From Pseudolabrys sp. (GTDB lineage: Bacteria > Pseudomonadota > Alphaproteobacteria > Rhizobiales > Xanthobacteraceae), in NCBI GenBank assembly GCA_036264375.1, contig DATARB010000066.1, positions 41,536-105,535 of the forward strand: DNA of 64,000 nucleotides, given 5' to 3'. The stretch's first letter is position 1. The number at the start of each line of letters is the position of its first letter. The translations under genes were made by a program, and so were the position numbers. The notes below the pieces were generated by a model. The model was not told the origin of the DNA. It was given only the letters and a program-made list of their open reading frames with translations, and searched no databases. Below are positions 1 through 9,013 of the stretch, piece after piece.

Positions 1-17
1 AGCGAAATCCGCCCTAC
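1..17 (-). repeat. Start of a GTAG-type REP (truncated by the window edge)
   Basis: Minus strand reads GTAGGGCGGATTTCGCT; its TAG is the stop codon of the adjacent CDS. Confidence 0.55.
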
Positions 18-994
18 CGCTTCGGCGGATACGGCGTTTCCGCGACCGGCGTCAGCGGCGGCTTACCGGAGGCCCAGGCCAGGAGATTATCGACCACGAG
101 CTGATCCATGGCCGCGCGCGTGGCTTCGCTGGCCGAGCCGAGATGCGGAAACAGAACGATGTGATCCATCTCGAGCAGTTCCTTGGGAACGTGCGGCTCG
201 TTCACGATGACGTCGAGGCCGGCCGAATAGATCGTGCGGTCCTTCAGCGCTGTGATCAAAGCCTGCTCATCCACCACCGAGCCGCGCGCCATGTTGATGA
301 GGATGCCATCCGGGCCGAGCGCCTTGAGCACCTCGGCATTGATCATGTTCCGCGTCGCGGCGCCGCCCGGTACGATGATCATCAGCGTGTCGACGTCGTG
401 CGCCATGTCGATCAGCTTGGGATAATATTTGTAGCTCACGCCGGCTTGCGGATTGCGGCTATGATAGACCACCGGCACGCCGAAGGCCTCGAGCCGGCGC
501 GCGATGGCCTTGCCGATGCGGCCCATGCCGACCATACCGACCGTGCGATTGCGCAACGTCGCCTTGCTCAGCGGATAATACTTCTCCGACCATTTGCCGG
601 CGCGCACATAACGGTTGGCCTGGGGGAATTCGCGGACTGTGCACAACAAGAGGCCGAGGGCGGTGTCCGCCACTTCCTCGTTCAGCACATCGGGCGTGTT
701 GGTGACGACGATGCCGTGCTCGCCGGCCCATTTGGCGTCGATGTGATCATAGCCGACGCCGAAGCTCGATATCTGCTCGAGCTTGGGGAAGCGCTGCATG
801 AAGGCGGCGTCGATCTTGTCCGCGGTATAGGCAACCGCGAGCGCACGCACCTTGTCGGCAAGCGATTTGACCAAAGCGTCCCTGTCCGATGCCTCGAAGA
901 GGACGTGGACATTGGCCTTATCTTTCAAACCGCCGACGATCACCGGCTTCTTGTTTCCGACAAACAGCACGTCCGGCTTTTCGCCAGCCATCAT
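14..994 (-). CDS. D-2-hydroxyacid dehydrogenase (glyoxylate/hydroxypyruvate reductase family)
   Basis: GVGYDHID, Rossmann GMGRIG, INMARG, GLDV..EP and PHLGS motifs. Confidence 0.92.
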   Translation of the reverse strand: MMAGEKPDVLFVGNKKPVIVGGLKDKANVHVLFEASDRDALVKSLADKVRALAVAYTADKIDAAFMQRFPKLEQISSFGVGYDHIDAKWAGEHGIVVTNTPDVLNEEVADTALGLLLCTVREFPQANRYVRAGKWSEKYYPLSKATLRNRTVGMVGMGRIGKAIARRLEAFGVPVVYHSRNPQAGVSYKYYPKLIDMAHDVDTLMIIVPGGAATRNMINAEVLKALGPDGILINMARGSVVDEQALITALKDRTIYSAGLDVIVNEPHVPKELLEMDHIVLFPHLGSASEATRAAMDQLVVDNLLAWASGKPPLTPVAETPYPPKR

Positions 995-1003
995 CTCACT
1001 CCT

Positions 1004-2338
1004 TCACACCATGAACGTGACCGGCGACTCCATCAGCGCCTTGAACGCCGCGAGCAATTCCGCACCGAGCGCACCGTCGACCACGCGATGGTCGCATGAC
1101 ACTGTGGCCGTCATCTGGCTGATGAACTTGACACTGCCATCGGCTGCTTCGACCGGGGCGCGGCGCGAGGCGCCGACCGCGAGGATGGTCGCATGCGGCG
1201 GATTGATGATCGCCGAGAACTCGCGCACGCCGTACATGCCAAGGTTGGAGATGGCGCTGGCGCCGCCCTGGTAGTCGTTCGGCTTGAGCTTCTTGGCGCG
1301 GGCGCGCTCGGCGAGATCGCGCATCTCGGCCGAAATCGCGGTGAGCGATTTCGTGTCGGCGTTGCGGATCACCGGCGTGATCAGGCCGCCGTCGAGCGCC
1401 ACGGCGACGCCGATGTCCGAATGCGTGAAGCGCAGCGTGCGATCCTCGGCCCAGACCGCATTCGCCGTGGGGACGCGCTGCAAGGCCGCGGCCCAGGCCT
1501 TGATGACGAAGTCGTTGAGCGAGAGCTTGAACGCAGGCTGGCCATCGGCGCCCTTGGGCGCCGAGGCGTTCGCCTCTTCGCGCATCGCCATCAGCCGGCC
1601 GATGTCGATGTCGGCGGTGAGATAGAAATGCGGGACGATCTGCTTGGCCTCGATCAGCCGCGTGGCGATGGTGCGGCGCATGCCATCGAGCGGCACTTCC
1701 TCGTAGGCGACGCCCTCGAACAGCGCCTTGACCTGCGCGGCGGTGGCGCCTGTCGCCAACGCGGGACCACGCGCGGGCGCGGCGCGTTCTACGTCGCTGG
1801 CGACGATGCGGCCGTGCGGACCGGAGCCGCTGATGCGCGAGAGATCGATGCCGCGTTCGCCGGCGAGCCGGCGCGCCAGCGGCGTCGTGAAGACGCCGCC
1901 TGACGTCTTGGCGGCGCCGAAATTGCGCTCGGGCGTGCGCACTTCATGCCACGGGTCCATCGGACCGGAAGGCTTCCAGGTCTGTTGCGACGCGGTATTT
2001 GGCCGCTCGTCCCCGCGTAAGCGGGGACCCAGTTCTTTGGCCTCCTGGACCCCCGCTTTCGCGGGGGTGAGCGGAGGTTGGGGGGCTGCCGTAGACGATG
2101 CGCCAGCCGCACCGGCGATGATCGCCACCACGGCGCCGACTTTCGCCACCTCGCCGACGTTGACGCGAATCTCGTTCAACGTCCCGGCGCTGGTCGCCGG
2201 CACTTCCATCGAGGTCTTGTCGGTCTCGATCTCGAACAGGTTGTCGCCGGGCTTGACGGCGTCGCCCGCCGACTTGAACCACTTCGTGATCTTGCCTTCG
2301 GCGACCGTCTCGCCGAGCTGCGGCATCAGAACGTCCAT
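1004..2338 (-). CDS. Dihydrolipoamide acyltransferase (E2) of a 2-oxoacid/acetoin dehydrogenase complex
   Basis: Lipoyl domain (IETDKT), E3/E1-binding domain (PLARRLA..GSGPHGRI), catalytic DHRVVDG; start moved to ATG 2338 behind AGGAG. Confidence 0.93.
   Translation of the reverse strand: MDVLMPQLGETVAEGKITKWFKSAGDAVKPGDNLFEIETDKTSMEVPATSAGTLNEIRVNVGEVAKVGAVVAIIAGAAGASSTAAPQPPLTPAKAGVQEAKELGPRLRGDERPNTASQQTWKPSGPMDPWHEVRTPERNFGAAKTSGGVFTTPLARRLAGERGIDLSRISGSGPHGRIVASDVERAAPARGPALATGATAAQVKALFEGVAYEEVPLDGMRRTIATRLIEAKQIVPHFYLTADIDIGRLMAMREEANASAPKGADGQPAFKLSLNDFVIKAWAAALQRVPTANAVWAEDRTLRFTHSDIGVAVALDGGLITPVIRNADTKSLTAISAEMRDLAERARAKKLKPNDYQGGASAISNLGMYGVREFSAIINPPHATILAVGASRRAPVEAADGSVKFISQMTATVSCDHRVVDGALGAELLAAFKALMESPVTFMV
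2003..2074. repeat. REP-like palindromic dimer inserted in frame within the E2 gene
   Basis: CCGCTCGTCCCCGCGTAAGCGGGGACCCAG...CTGGACCCCCGCTTTCGCGGGGGTGAGCGG closely matches the intergenic copy at 38167-38247. Confidence 0.9.
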
Positions 2339-2359
2339 TCCAAATCTCCTAAACCTCGA

Positions 2360-2470
2360 TCCGTCACCCTGAGGAGCGAGCGCGAAGCGCGAGCCTCGAA
2401 GGGCGACGGCCCGGGAATCAGTGCCCGTCATCCTTCGAGGGCCGCTGCGCGGCCACCTCAGGATGACGGA
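2360..2470. repeat. REP-like element (GTCAYCCTGAGG...CTCGAAGG family)
   Basis: Terminal inverted repeats TCCGTCACCCTGAGG / CCTCAGGATGACGGA with internal hairpins. Confidence 0.85.
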
Positions 2471-2475
2471 TCAAA

Positions 2476-3927
2476 TCACCACGTCACCGACACATATTGC
2501 GTCTCGAGGAACTCTTTCATGCCCTCTTGCGCGCCTTCGCGCCCGAGGCCCGACTGTTTGGTGCCGCCGAACGGCGCCGCCGGGTCGGAGACGAGGCCGC
2601 GGTTGAGACCGATCATGCCGAAGTCGAGCTTCTCCGACACGCGCAGGCCGCGCGTGAGGTCCTTGGTGTAGAGGTAGGCGACCAGGCCGTACTCGGTGGC
2701 GTTGGCGCGCGTGATCGCCTCGTCCTCGGACGTGAAGGTCTGGATCGCGGCGACCGGCCCGAAGATTTCCTCGCTCAGCATCTTGGCTGAGTCCGGCACG
2801 TTGGTCAGCACGGTCGCCGGATAGAAAAAGCCGGGGCCCGCCGGCGTCTTGCCGCCGGTCAGGAGCTTGGCGCCCTTGGACATCGCGTCGTCGACCAGTT
2901 CGATCACCTTGTCGCGGCCCTCGGCATTGACCAGCGGCCCAAGCGCCACGCCGTCGTCGAGACCGTTGCCCATCTTCAAGCCCGCCATCTTGGCGGTGAG
3001 CTTCTTGGCGAATTCGTCGTGCACCTTCTCGTGCACGTAGAAGCGGTTCGCCGCGGTGCAGGCCTCGCCCATGTTGCGCATTTTCGCGATCATGGCGCCT
3101 TCGATCGCGGCGTCGATATCGGCGTCCTCGAACACCAGGAACGGCGCGTTGCCGCCGAGCTCCATCGCCGGCTTGACGATGTTGTCGGCCGCCTCGTGCA
3201 GCAGTTTGCGGCCGACTTCGGTCGAGCCGGTGAACGAGACGACGCGCACGCGCGGATCGTGCAGCATGGCGCTGACGACTTTGCCGGACGAGCGCGAGGG
3301 AATGACGTTGACCACGCCGGCGGGCACGCCCGCTTCCTCCAGCGCCGGCATCAGCGCCAGCATGGTAAGCGGCGTGTCGGAGGCGGGCTTGAGCACCACC
3401 GGGCATCCGGCGGCAAGCGCCGGGCCGATCTTGCGCGTGGCCATGGCGGCCGGGAAATTCCACGGCGTTACCAGGACGGCGATGCCGGCCGGCTTGTGCT
3501 GCGCGACAATGCGGGCGCCGGAGGCCGGCGCCATCGAGATCTGCCCGATGTTGCGCACGGCTTCTTCGGCGTACCAGCGGAAGAACTCCGCCGAGTAAGC
3601 CACCTCGCCGCGCGAGTCGGTGAGCGCCTTGCCGTTTTCCAGCGTGATGAGTTTCGCGAAGCGCTCGGCATCGCGCATGATCAGCTCATAGGCCTTGCGC
3701 AGAATCTCCGCGCGCTCGCGCGGCTTGCGGCCGGCCCAGCCTTCGAAGGCCGCCTGCGCGGCATCGACCGCGGCGATGGCGTCGTCGACGGTCGCACTCG
3801 CGACCGAGGCGATGGTTTTCTCGGTCGCCGGGTCGGTCACGTCGAAGCGGCCGCCGTCGGAGGCTTTGCGCCACTTTCCGCCGATCCACAGATCGGTCGG
3901 CACATTGGCGAGAAGGTTGTCGTACAT
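2476..3927 (-). CDS. gabD: NAD(P)-dependent succinate-semialdehyde dehydrogenase (ALDH)
   Basis: TPWNFP, FTGSTEVG, ELGGNAP, catalytic GEACT, EEIFGP. Confidence 0.85.
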   Translation of the reverse strand: MYDNLLANVPTDLWIGGKWRKASDGGRFDVTDPATEKTIASVASATVDDAIAAVDAAQAAFEGWAGRKPRERAEILRKAYELIMRDAERFAKLITLENGKALTDSRGEVAYSAEFFRWYAEEAVRNIGQISMAPASGARIVAQHKPAGIAVLVTPWNFPAAMATRKIGPALAAGCPVVLKPASDTPLTMLALMPALEEAGVPAGVVNVIPSRSSGKVVSAMLHDPRVRVVSFTGSTEVGRKLLHEAADNIVKPAMELGGNAPFLVFEDADIDAAIEGAMIAKMRNMGEACTAANRFYVHEKVHDEFAKKLTAKMAGLKMGNGLDDGVALGPLVNAEGRDKVIELVDDAMSKGAKLLTGGKTPAGPGFFYPATVLTNVPDSAKMLSEEIFGPVAAIQTFTSEDEAITRANATEYGLVAYLYTKDLTRGLRVSEKLDFGMIGLNRGLVSDPAAPFGGTKQSGLGREGAQEGMKEFLETQYVSVTW

Positions 3928-3946
3928 GGCGTTTCCTTTTTATGTC

Positions 3947-4037
3947 TTGTCATGGCCGGGCTTGTCCCGGCCATCTCGATTAGGGAGGCATAGCGCTCAC
4001 CTAAGCGGGGTCGCCGGGACAAGCCCGGCGACGACAA
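3947..4037. repeat. REP-like element (GTCATGGCCGGGCTTG family)
   Basis: TTGTCATGGCCGGGCTTGTCCCGGCCAT...GCCGGGACAAGCCCGGCGACGACAA; related copies at 40258 and 59743. Confidence 0.85.
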
Positions 4038-4040
4038 CCA

Positions 4041-5021
4041 TTAACTTCCCAAGCTCCGCTTCACCGTCTCGACGATGCGCGCCGGCGTCGGCAGCACGAT
4101 GTCTTCGAGAATGTCGGCGGCCGGCAGCGGAATGTGCGGCGTGGTGATGCGCACCGGCGGGCCATCGAGATCGTAGAAGGCTTCGTCGGCGACGATCGAG
4201 ACGATCTCGGCGCCCCAGCCGCACAGCCGCGGATTTTCCTCCACGGTGAACAGCCGGTGAGTCTTCGCCACCGAGCAGAGGATCGTCTGCGTGTCGAGCG
4301 GCACCAGCGAGCGCACGTCGACAACCTCGACGTCGATGCCGTGTTCGGCCTTGAGCGTCTCGGCCGCGGCCAGCGCCCGCGGCACCATCAGCGCCAGCGC
4401 GACGATGGTCGCATCCTTGCCCGGGCGCACGATCTTGGCGGTGCCGAGCGTGTCGAGGATCTCGCCGTCCTCCACCTCGCCCTTGGTCGCGTAGAGCGAC
4501 TTGTGCTCGAGGAAGATCACCGGATCGGGATCGCGCACCGCCGCCGCCAACAGGCCGATGACGTCGCGCGGCGTCGACGGCGCGACCACCTTCAGGCCCG
4601 GGATCATCATGCACCAGTTCTCGACGCTCTGTGAGTGCTGCGCGCCGAAGCGCGAGCCGGCGCCGTTGCCGGTGCGCACGACCAGCGGACATTTCGTCTG
4701 TCCGTTGGACATATAGCGGCTCTTCGGAAACTCGTTGGCGATGTAGTCGAAGCACACCGCAAAGAAGTCCGAGAACATGATCTCGGCGATCGGCTTGAGG
4801 CCGGTCATCGCCGCGCCCATGGCGGCGCCGAGGATCGCCTGTTCGGAGATCGGCGTGTCGCGCACGCGCAACGGGCCGAACTGCTCGTAGAGGCCGACGG
4901 TCGCCTTGAACACGCCGCCGGCCTTGGCGACGTCCTCGCCGAGGAACACGACGTCGTTGTCGCGCGCCATTTCCTGTGCAATGCCGCGGATCACCGCGTC
5001 GCGATAGCTGATTTCGGCCAT
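4041..5021 (-). CDS. 2-oxoacid/acetoin dehydrogenase E1 beta subunit
   Basis: GEDV, DTPISE, HSQS, transketolase C-terminal domain. Confidence 0.93.
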   Translation of the reverse strand: MAEISYRDAVIRGIAQEMARDNDVVFLGEDVAKAGGVFKATVGLYEQFGPLRVRDTPISEQAILGAAMGAAMTGLKPIAEIMFSDFFAVCFDYIANEFPKSRYMSNGQTKCPLVVRTGNGAGSRFGAQHSQSVENWCMMIPGLKVVAPSTPRDVIGLLAAAVRDPDPVIFLEHKSLYATKGEVEDGEILDTLGTAKIVRPGKDATIVALALMVPRALAAAETLKAEHGIDVEVVDVRSLVPLDTQTILCSVAKTHRLFTVEENPRLCGWGAEIVSIVADEAFYDLDGPPVRITTPHIPLPAADILEDIVLPTPARIVETVKRSLGS

Positions 5022-5022
5022 G

Positions 5023-6057
5023 TCAGTTTCTCCACGCCCAGCCGCCATCGGCGTAGACATCGGTGGTGAGAATATCGAGCGGCGGCATCGGCGCGGCCTT
5101 GCACGCCTCGGTGGCGTCGTTGACTTCTTTCATCACGCTGGCATCGATGTCGGCGATGGTCGCATCGCTGACGCCGAACTGCTTGAGCCGTTCGCGATAG
5201 ATCTTGATCGGGTCGCGCTCCTTCCACTTCTCCAGCTCGCCCTCAGGACGATACTTGGCCGGGTCGGCACGCGAGTGCCCGCTGTGACGATAGGTCATGC
5301 ACTCGATCAGCGACGGGCCATCACCGGCGCGCGCTTTGGCAAACGCCTTCTGCGCGGTGCGATAAACGACGTCGGCGTCGTTGCCGTCGATCACGATGCG
5401 CTCCAGACCATAAGCCGAGGCACGGTCGGCGGCCGGATGCTCAACGGCGGTGACGTCGCCGATCGGCGTGTATTCCATGTAGAGATTGTTTTCGCAGACG
5501 AACACGACCGGCAGCTTCCACACCGCGGCGAAGTTCAGCGCTTCGTGGAACGCGCCGATGTTCGTCGTGCCGTCGCCGAAGAAGCAGACCGACACGTCCT
5601 TGTCGCCTTTGTACTGGGCGCGCCAGGCGGCGCCGCAGGCGATCGGCAGGTGCGCGCCGATGATTGCGTAGGAGCCCATCACGCCGTGCTCCTCCGAGGT
5701 CAGGTGCATCGAGCCGCCTTTGCCGCGCATCAGGCCATTGTCGCGCTGCATCAATTCGCCCAACACCTTCTCCACCGGCACGCCCCGCGCCAACGTGTGG
5801 GCATGGCCGCGATAGGTGCAGAAGCTGAGGTCGCCCTTCACCATGGCTTCGCCGAAGCCGGCGGCAATCGCCTCCTGCCCGAGCGACAGGTGGCTGGTGC
5901 CTTTCACGAGGTTCTGCAGGAACAGGTCGAAGGCGCGCTGTTCCGCCTCCCGCAGGCGCACCTGCGAGCGGTAAAGCGCAAGGCGCTTTTGCTCGCCAAT
6001 ATCGTCATTCAATCCGGAGCCGGCCGGGCTGGGCGCCCGATCCTTGATCGTGGCCAT
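5023..6057 (-). CDS. TPP-dependent dehydrogenase E1 alpha subunit
   Basis: GKGGSMH, TPP motif GDG...ENN, TYRHSGHS; start set at ATG 6057. Confidence 0.93.
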   Translation of the reverse strand: MATIKDRAPSPAGSGLNDDIGEQKRLALYRSQVRLREAEQRAFDLFLQNLVKGTSHLSLGQEAIAAGFGEAMVKGDLSFCTYRGHAHTLARGVPVEKVLGELMQRDNGLMRGKGGSMHLTSEEHGVMGSYAIIGAHLPIACGAAWRAQYKGDKDVSVCFFGDGTTNIGAFHEALNFAAVWKLPVVFVCENNLYMEYTPIGDVTAVEHPAADRASAYGLERIVIDGNDADVVYRTAQKAFAKARAGDGPSLIECMTYRHSGHSRADPAKYRPEGELEKWKERDPIKIYRERLKQFGVSDATIADIDASVMKEVNDATEACKAAPMPPLDILTTDVYADGGWAWRN

Positions 6058-6131
6058 GAACGTTCCTCGAAAGGGTCTAACTTTGCTTTTCGGGGCGGAA
6101 CTTAGCCCCACTGATTGACGCCTCGCAACAC

Positions 6132-7052
6132 TCATTCCAGCGGGCCCTCTATCACACCTTCGCTGGTCGTGCTCTTGCCCAACCGGCGCTCGCGGTAAAA
6201 CAGATAGAGCCCGGAGCCGATCACGACGGCCGCGCCCGCCATGGTCCAGGCGTTGGGCACGTGGTCGAACGCCACATAGCCCAGGATCACAACCCAGATG
6301 AGTTGGGTATAGATGAAGGGGGACAGGACCGAGGCCGGCGCGAGCTTGTGCCCGGCAATCAGGCAATAGTGCCCGGAACTTCCCAAGGCGCCAATGGCGA
6401 TCAGCATCAGCCAGGTGACCCAGCTTCCCGGCGGGTGCCAGATGAACGGGATCACCAGCAGCATCACCAGCGCGCCGATCAAATTCGAAAAAAACAGCGA
6501 GGTCTGGTTGGAATCGCTGCGTGAAACGATACGGGTAATAACGGCGTAGAAACCATAGGCGATGGTGGCGACCAGCGAAAACAGCGCGGCCGGATGCATG
6601 CCGCCGAGCCCGGGCCGCGTGATCAGAAGCACCCCGCCGAAGCCGACGGCGATCGCGCACCAGCGCCGCCAGCCGAGCCATTCCCCCAGCATCGGGCCGG
6701 AAACGATGGCGACGATGAAGGGGAAGGTGAAGATGATCGACAGGACCTCGTCGAGTTGCAGCCAGCGCAGCGCGAGGAAGTTGCCCGCCGTGGCGACGAT
6801 CAACAGCAGCGAGCGAATGACCTGCAATGCGGGACGCTTGCTGCGCAGGAGGCGAGGCTGTGTCACCGGATTGGAGACCACGGCCGTGAGCAGGAAGGCA
6901 AAGGTGTAGCGGGCCCAGACGATCTCCAGCGAATCCATCTCGGTGCTGAGATATTTCGCCGTCGTGTCGAGGCAGGCGAACTGCGCGACCGCGGCGCACA
7001 TCAGGCCGATGCCGAGGAGGCGTTGCCGGCGCTGGAGCCCCAAGTCGGTCAA
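6132..7052 (-). CDS. DMT/EamA family transporter
   Basis: About 10 hydrophobic segments, LGE.LG.RRW and APAS.LSPF.Y motifs; probable TTG start overlapping the upstream stop. Confidence 0.85.
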   Translation of the reverse strand: MTDLGLQRRQRLLGIGLMCAAVAQFACLDTTAKYLSTEMDSLEIVWARYTFAFLLTAVVSNPVTQPRLLRSKRPALQVIRSLLLIVATAGNFLALRWLQLDEVLSIIFTFPFIVAIVSGPMLGEWLGWRRWCAIAVGFGGVLLITRPGLGGMHPAALFSLVATIAYGFYAVITRIVSRSDSNQTSLFFSNLIGALVMLLVIPFIWHPPGSWVTWLMLIAIGALGSSGHYCLIAGHKLAPASVLSPFIYTQLIWVVILGYVAFDHVPNAWTMAGAAVVIGSGLYLFYRERRLGKSTTSEGVIEGPLE

Positions 7053-7804
7053 TAGGTCGCCCGTCCGCCGGAAATGTCGAACACCGCGCCGGTCGTGAAC
7101 GAGCATTCGGCCGAGGCGCAGAAGGCGGCAAGCGCCGCGATCTCGTCCACGGTCACGAAGCGATTGCGCGGTATTTTCGACAGCATGAAATCGACGTGCG
7201 CTTGCGTCATCTGGTCGAAGATCGCCGTCCGCGCCGCTGCCGGCGTCAGACAATTCACCGAGATGTCGTAGGACGCGAGCTCCTTGCCGAGCGACTTGGT
7301 CAGCGCGATCACGCCGGCCTTCGAGGCGGAATAGGCCGGCGCATTCGGGTTGCCCTCCTTGCCGGCGATAGAGGCGATGTTGACGATGCGGCCGTAGTTC
7401 TGCGCGATCATCACCGGCGCCACCGCGCGGCAGCAATGGAACGGGCCGTTAAGATTGATCGACAGGACGTCGCGCCAGGCTTCGAGCGGGTATTCCCAGG
7501 TCTGCACGTTCGGCCCGGCGATGCCCGCATTGTTCACGAGAATATCGATACGCTCGAAATCCGCGAGCGTGGCCTCGCGCGCGCCTTCGACGTCACCGTA
7601 ATCCGTGACATCGACGGCAATGACGGCAACGCGGCCACGGGATTTGAGCTCCTGCGCGGTCTTCTGCGCCAGCGCGAGATCGCGATCCCAGATCGCCACC
7701 GCCGCACCGGAGTCGAGAAAACGCTCGACGATGGCGCGGCCGATTCCTTGCGCGCCGCCGGTGACAACCGCATGACGTCCGCCGAGATCGATCGTATTGG
7801 TCAT
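7049..7804 (-). CDS. Short-chain dehydrogenase/reductase
   Basis: TGGAQGIG, NNAG, YSASK. Confidence 0.93.
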   Translation of the reverse strand: MTNTIDLGGRHAVVTGGAQGIGRAIVERFLDSGAAVAIWDRDLALAQKTAQELKSRGRVAVIAVDVTDYGDVEGAREATLADFERIDILVNNAGIAGPNVQTWEYPLEAWRDVLSINLNGPFHCCRAVAPVMIAQNYGRIVNIASIAGKEGNPNAPAYSASKAGVIALTKSLGKELASYDISVNCLTPAAARTAIFDQMTQAHVDFMLSKIPRNRFVTVDEIAALAAFCASAECSFTTGAVFDISGGRATY

Positions 7805-7953
7805 TTCGAAATCCTCCCCAGGCGGGCCGGTCACCTTCTGATGCGGTGTGGAGCGCGCCTGGCGCAACGATATACCGGGATTGAAGGATGCAAAGGGGCG
7901 TTCCGGCCCGACGCGTCATGCCCGGTCCGGCATTGATCGCGCCGATCCATTGG

Positions 7954-8063
7954 ACTAGCATTCGCAGTGCGGGGCCTGCGGCGGTCGCCCCGCATTTCCC
8001 AAGGCTCTCCGAACGCTCATTGAGCCCAAGCACCGTCTCCTTCGCCTGCGGAGGGGACACATG
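7954..8063 (+). promoter_or_regulatory. Structured leader RNA, copy 1 (candidate chrB-type RNA motif), with upstream TAGCAT -10-like hexamer
   Basis: Near-duplicate of 8906-9013; three stem-loops, the last pairing over the SD. Confidence 0.65.
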
Positions 8064-8173
8064 CTGTTTGCGCGCTAACCCTCTCAAGACATGGCAACGT
8101 TCGGGGACCATGCCGCCTCCCCGTCAGATGTTTATCCAAGCGCTGCGCCCTTTCGGCTTTGGGAGCGACCGCT

Positions 8174-8905
8174 ATGACTGCTTTGACTTTGACGCTCTTT
8201 CTCGCAGCTGCTTTTTTTGGCGGCCTGACCTCCGGCCTGTCGGGCTTCGCCATGGGCCTCGTGGTCTCCGGCGTATGGCTGCACATCATTGCGCCGGAGC
8301 AGAACGCGCTGCTGATCGTGCTGTGCGGACTCGTCACGCAAGGCTCCGGCATCTGGCGGGTGCGCCACGCCATAAACTGGCGGGCCGTGTCCCCTTTCAT
8401 CATCGGCGGCGCGCTCGGCGTTCCGGCCGGCACCGCTCTGCTGGCAATGGTCAATCAGAGCACGCTTCGCCTCGCGATCGGCGTTCTGCTGCTGATCTAC
8501 AGTCTCTACAGTCTCATCCGGCCGGCGGTTAAACCGGTTCAGGGCAGCGTGCCGGCCGACTTTGGCGTTGGCGTCGCGAACGGCCTTATCGGCGGGCTCA
8601 CGGGGCTGGGCGGTATCGCGGTGACGATCTGGTGCCAATTGCGCGGGGAAAAAAAGGACGCGCAACGCGCCGTCTTTCAGCCGGTGATGTTCGCGACCTT
8701 CGTGATGAGTGCCATTTCGTTCGGCGTTGCCGGCGTATTCAGCGTCGAAACCCTGAGGCTTTACGCGCTGGCGCTGCCTGCGTTGATTGCCGGCGCCTGG
8801 CTAGGCCTCAAGCTCTATGGAAAGCTCGATGATCTCACGTTCCGCAAGATCATTCTTGTCCTGTTGTTCTTATCCGGATTGTCGTTGATCGTGCCGCTGC
8901 ATTAA
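8174..8905 (+). CDS. Sulfite exporter TauE/SafE (TSUP) family protein
   Basis: GLSGFAMG N-terminal motif, repeated GG.GGL.GLGG motif, about 8 TM segments. Confidence 0.85.
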   Translation: MTALTLTLFLAAAFFGGLTSGLSGFAMGLVVSGVWLHIIAPEQNALLIVLCGLVTQGSGIWRVRHAINWRAVSPFIIGGALGVPAGTALLAMVNQSTLRLAIGVLLLIYSLYSLIRPAVKPVQGSVPADFGVGVANGLIGGLTGLGGIAVTIWCQLRGEKKDAQRAVFQPVMFATFVMSAISFGVAGVFSVETLRLYALALPALIAGAWLGLKLYGKLDDLTFRKIILVLLFLSGLSLIVPLH

Positions 8906-9013
8906 ACTAGCATCCAATTCGTGGGGCCTGCGGCGGTCGCCCCGCATGTCAAGGCTCTCCGGATGTTCATGGAGCCCAAGCACCGCCTCCTTCGTTGACG
9001 GAGGGGGCCTATG
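8906..9013 (+). promoter_or_regulatory. Structured leader RNA, copy 2 (candidate chrB-type RNA motif), directly before chrB
   Basis: GGGGC/GCCCC stem, GGCTC/GAGCC stem, CCTCC/GGAGG SD-sequestering stem, possible GGCGGT/ACCGCC pseudoknot. Confidence 0.7.

Noticed and set aside
5023-7131. Apparent 702-aa E1 alpha with a long N-terminal extension (similar extensions on E2, M24, TctA, LivM and others)
   Set aside because: Extensions overlap upstream genes or REPs; family homology begins at downstream starts, several with clear SD sequences
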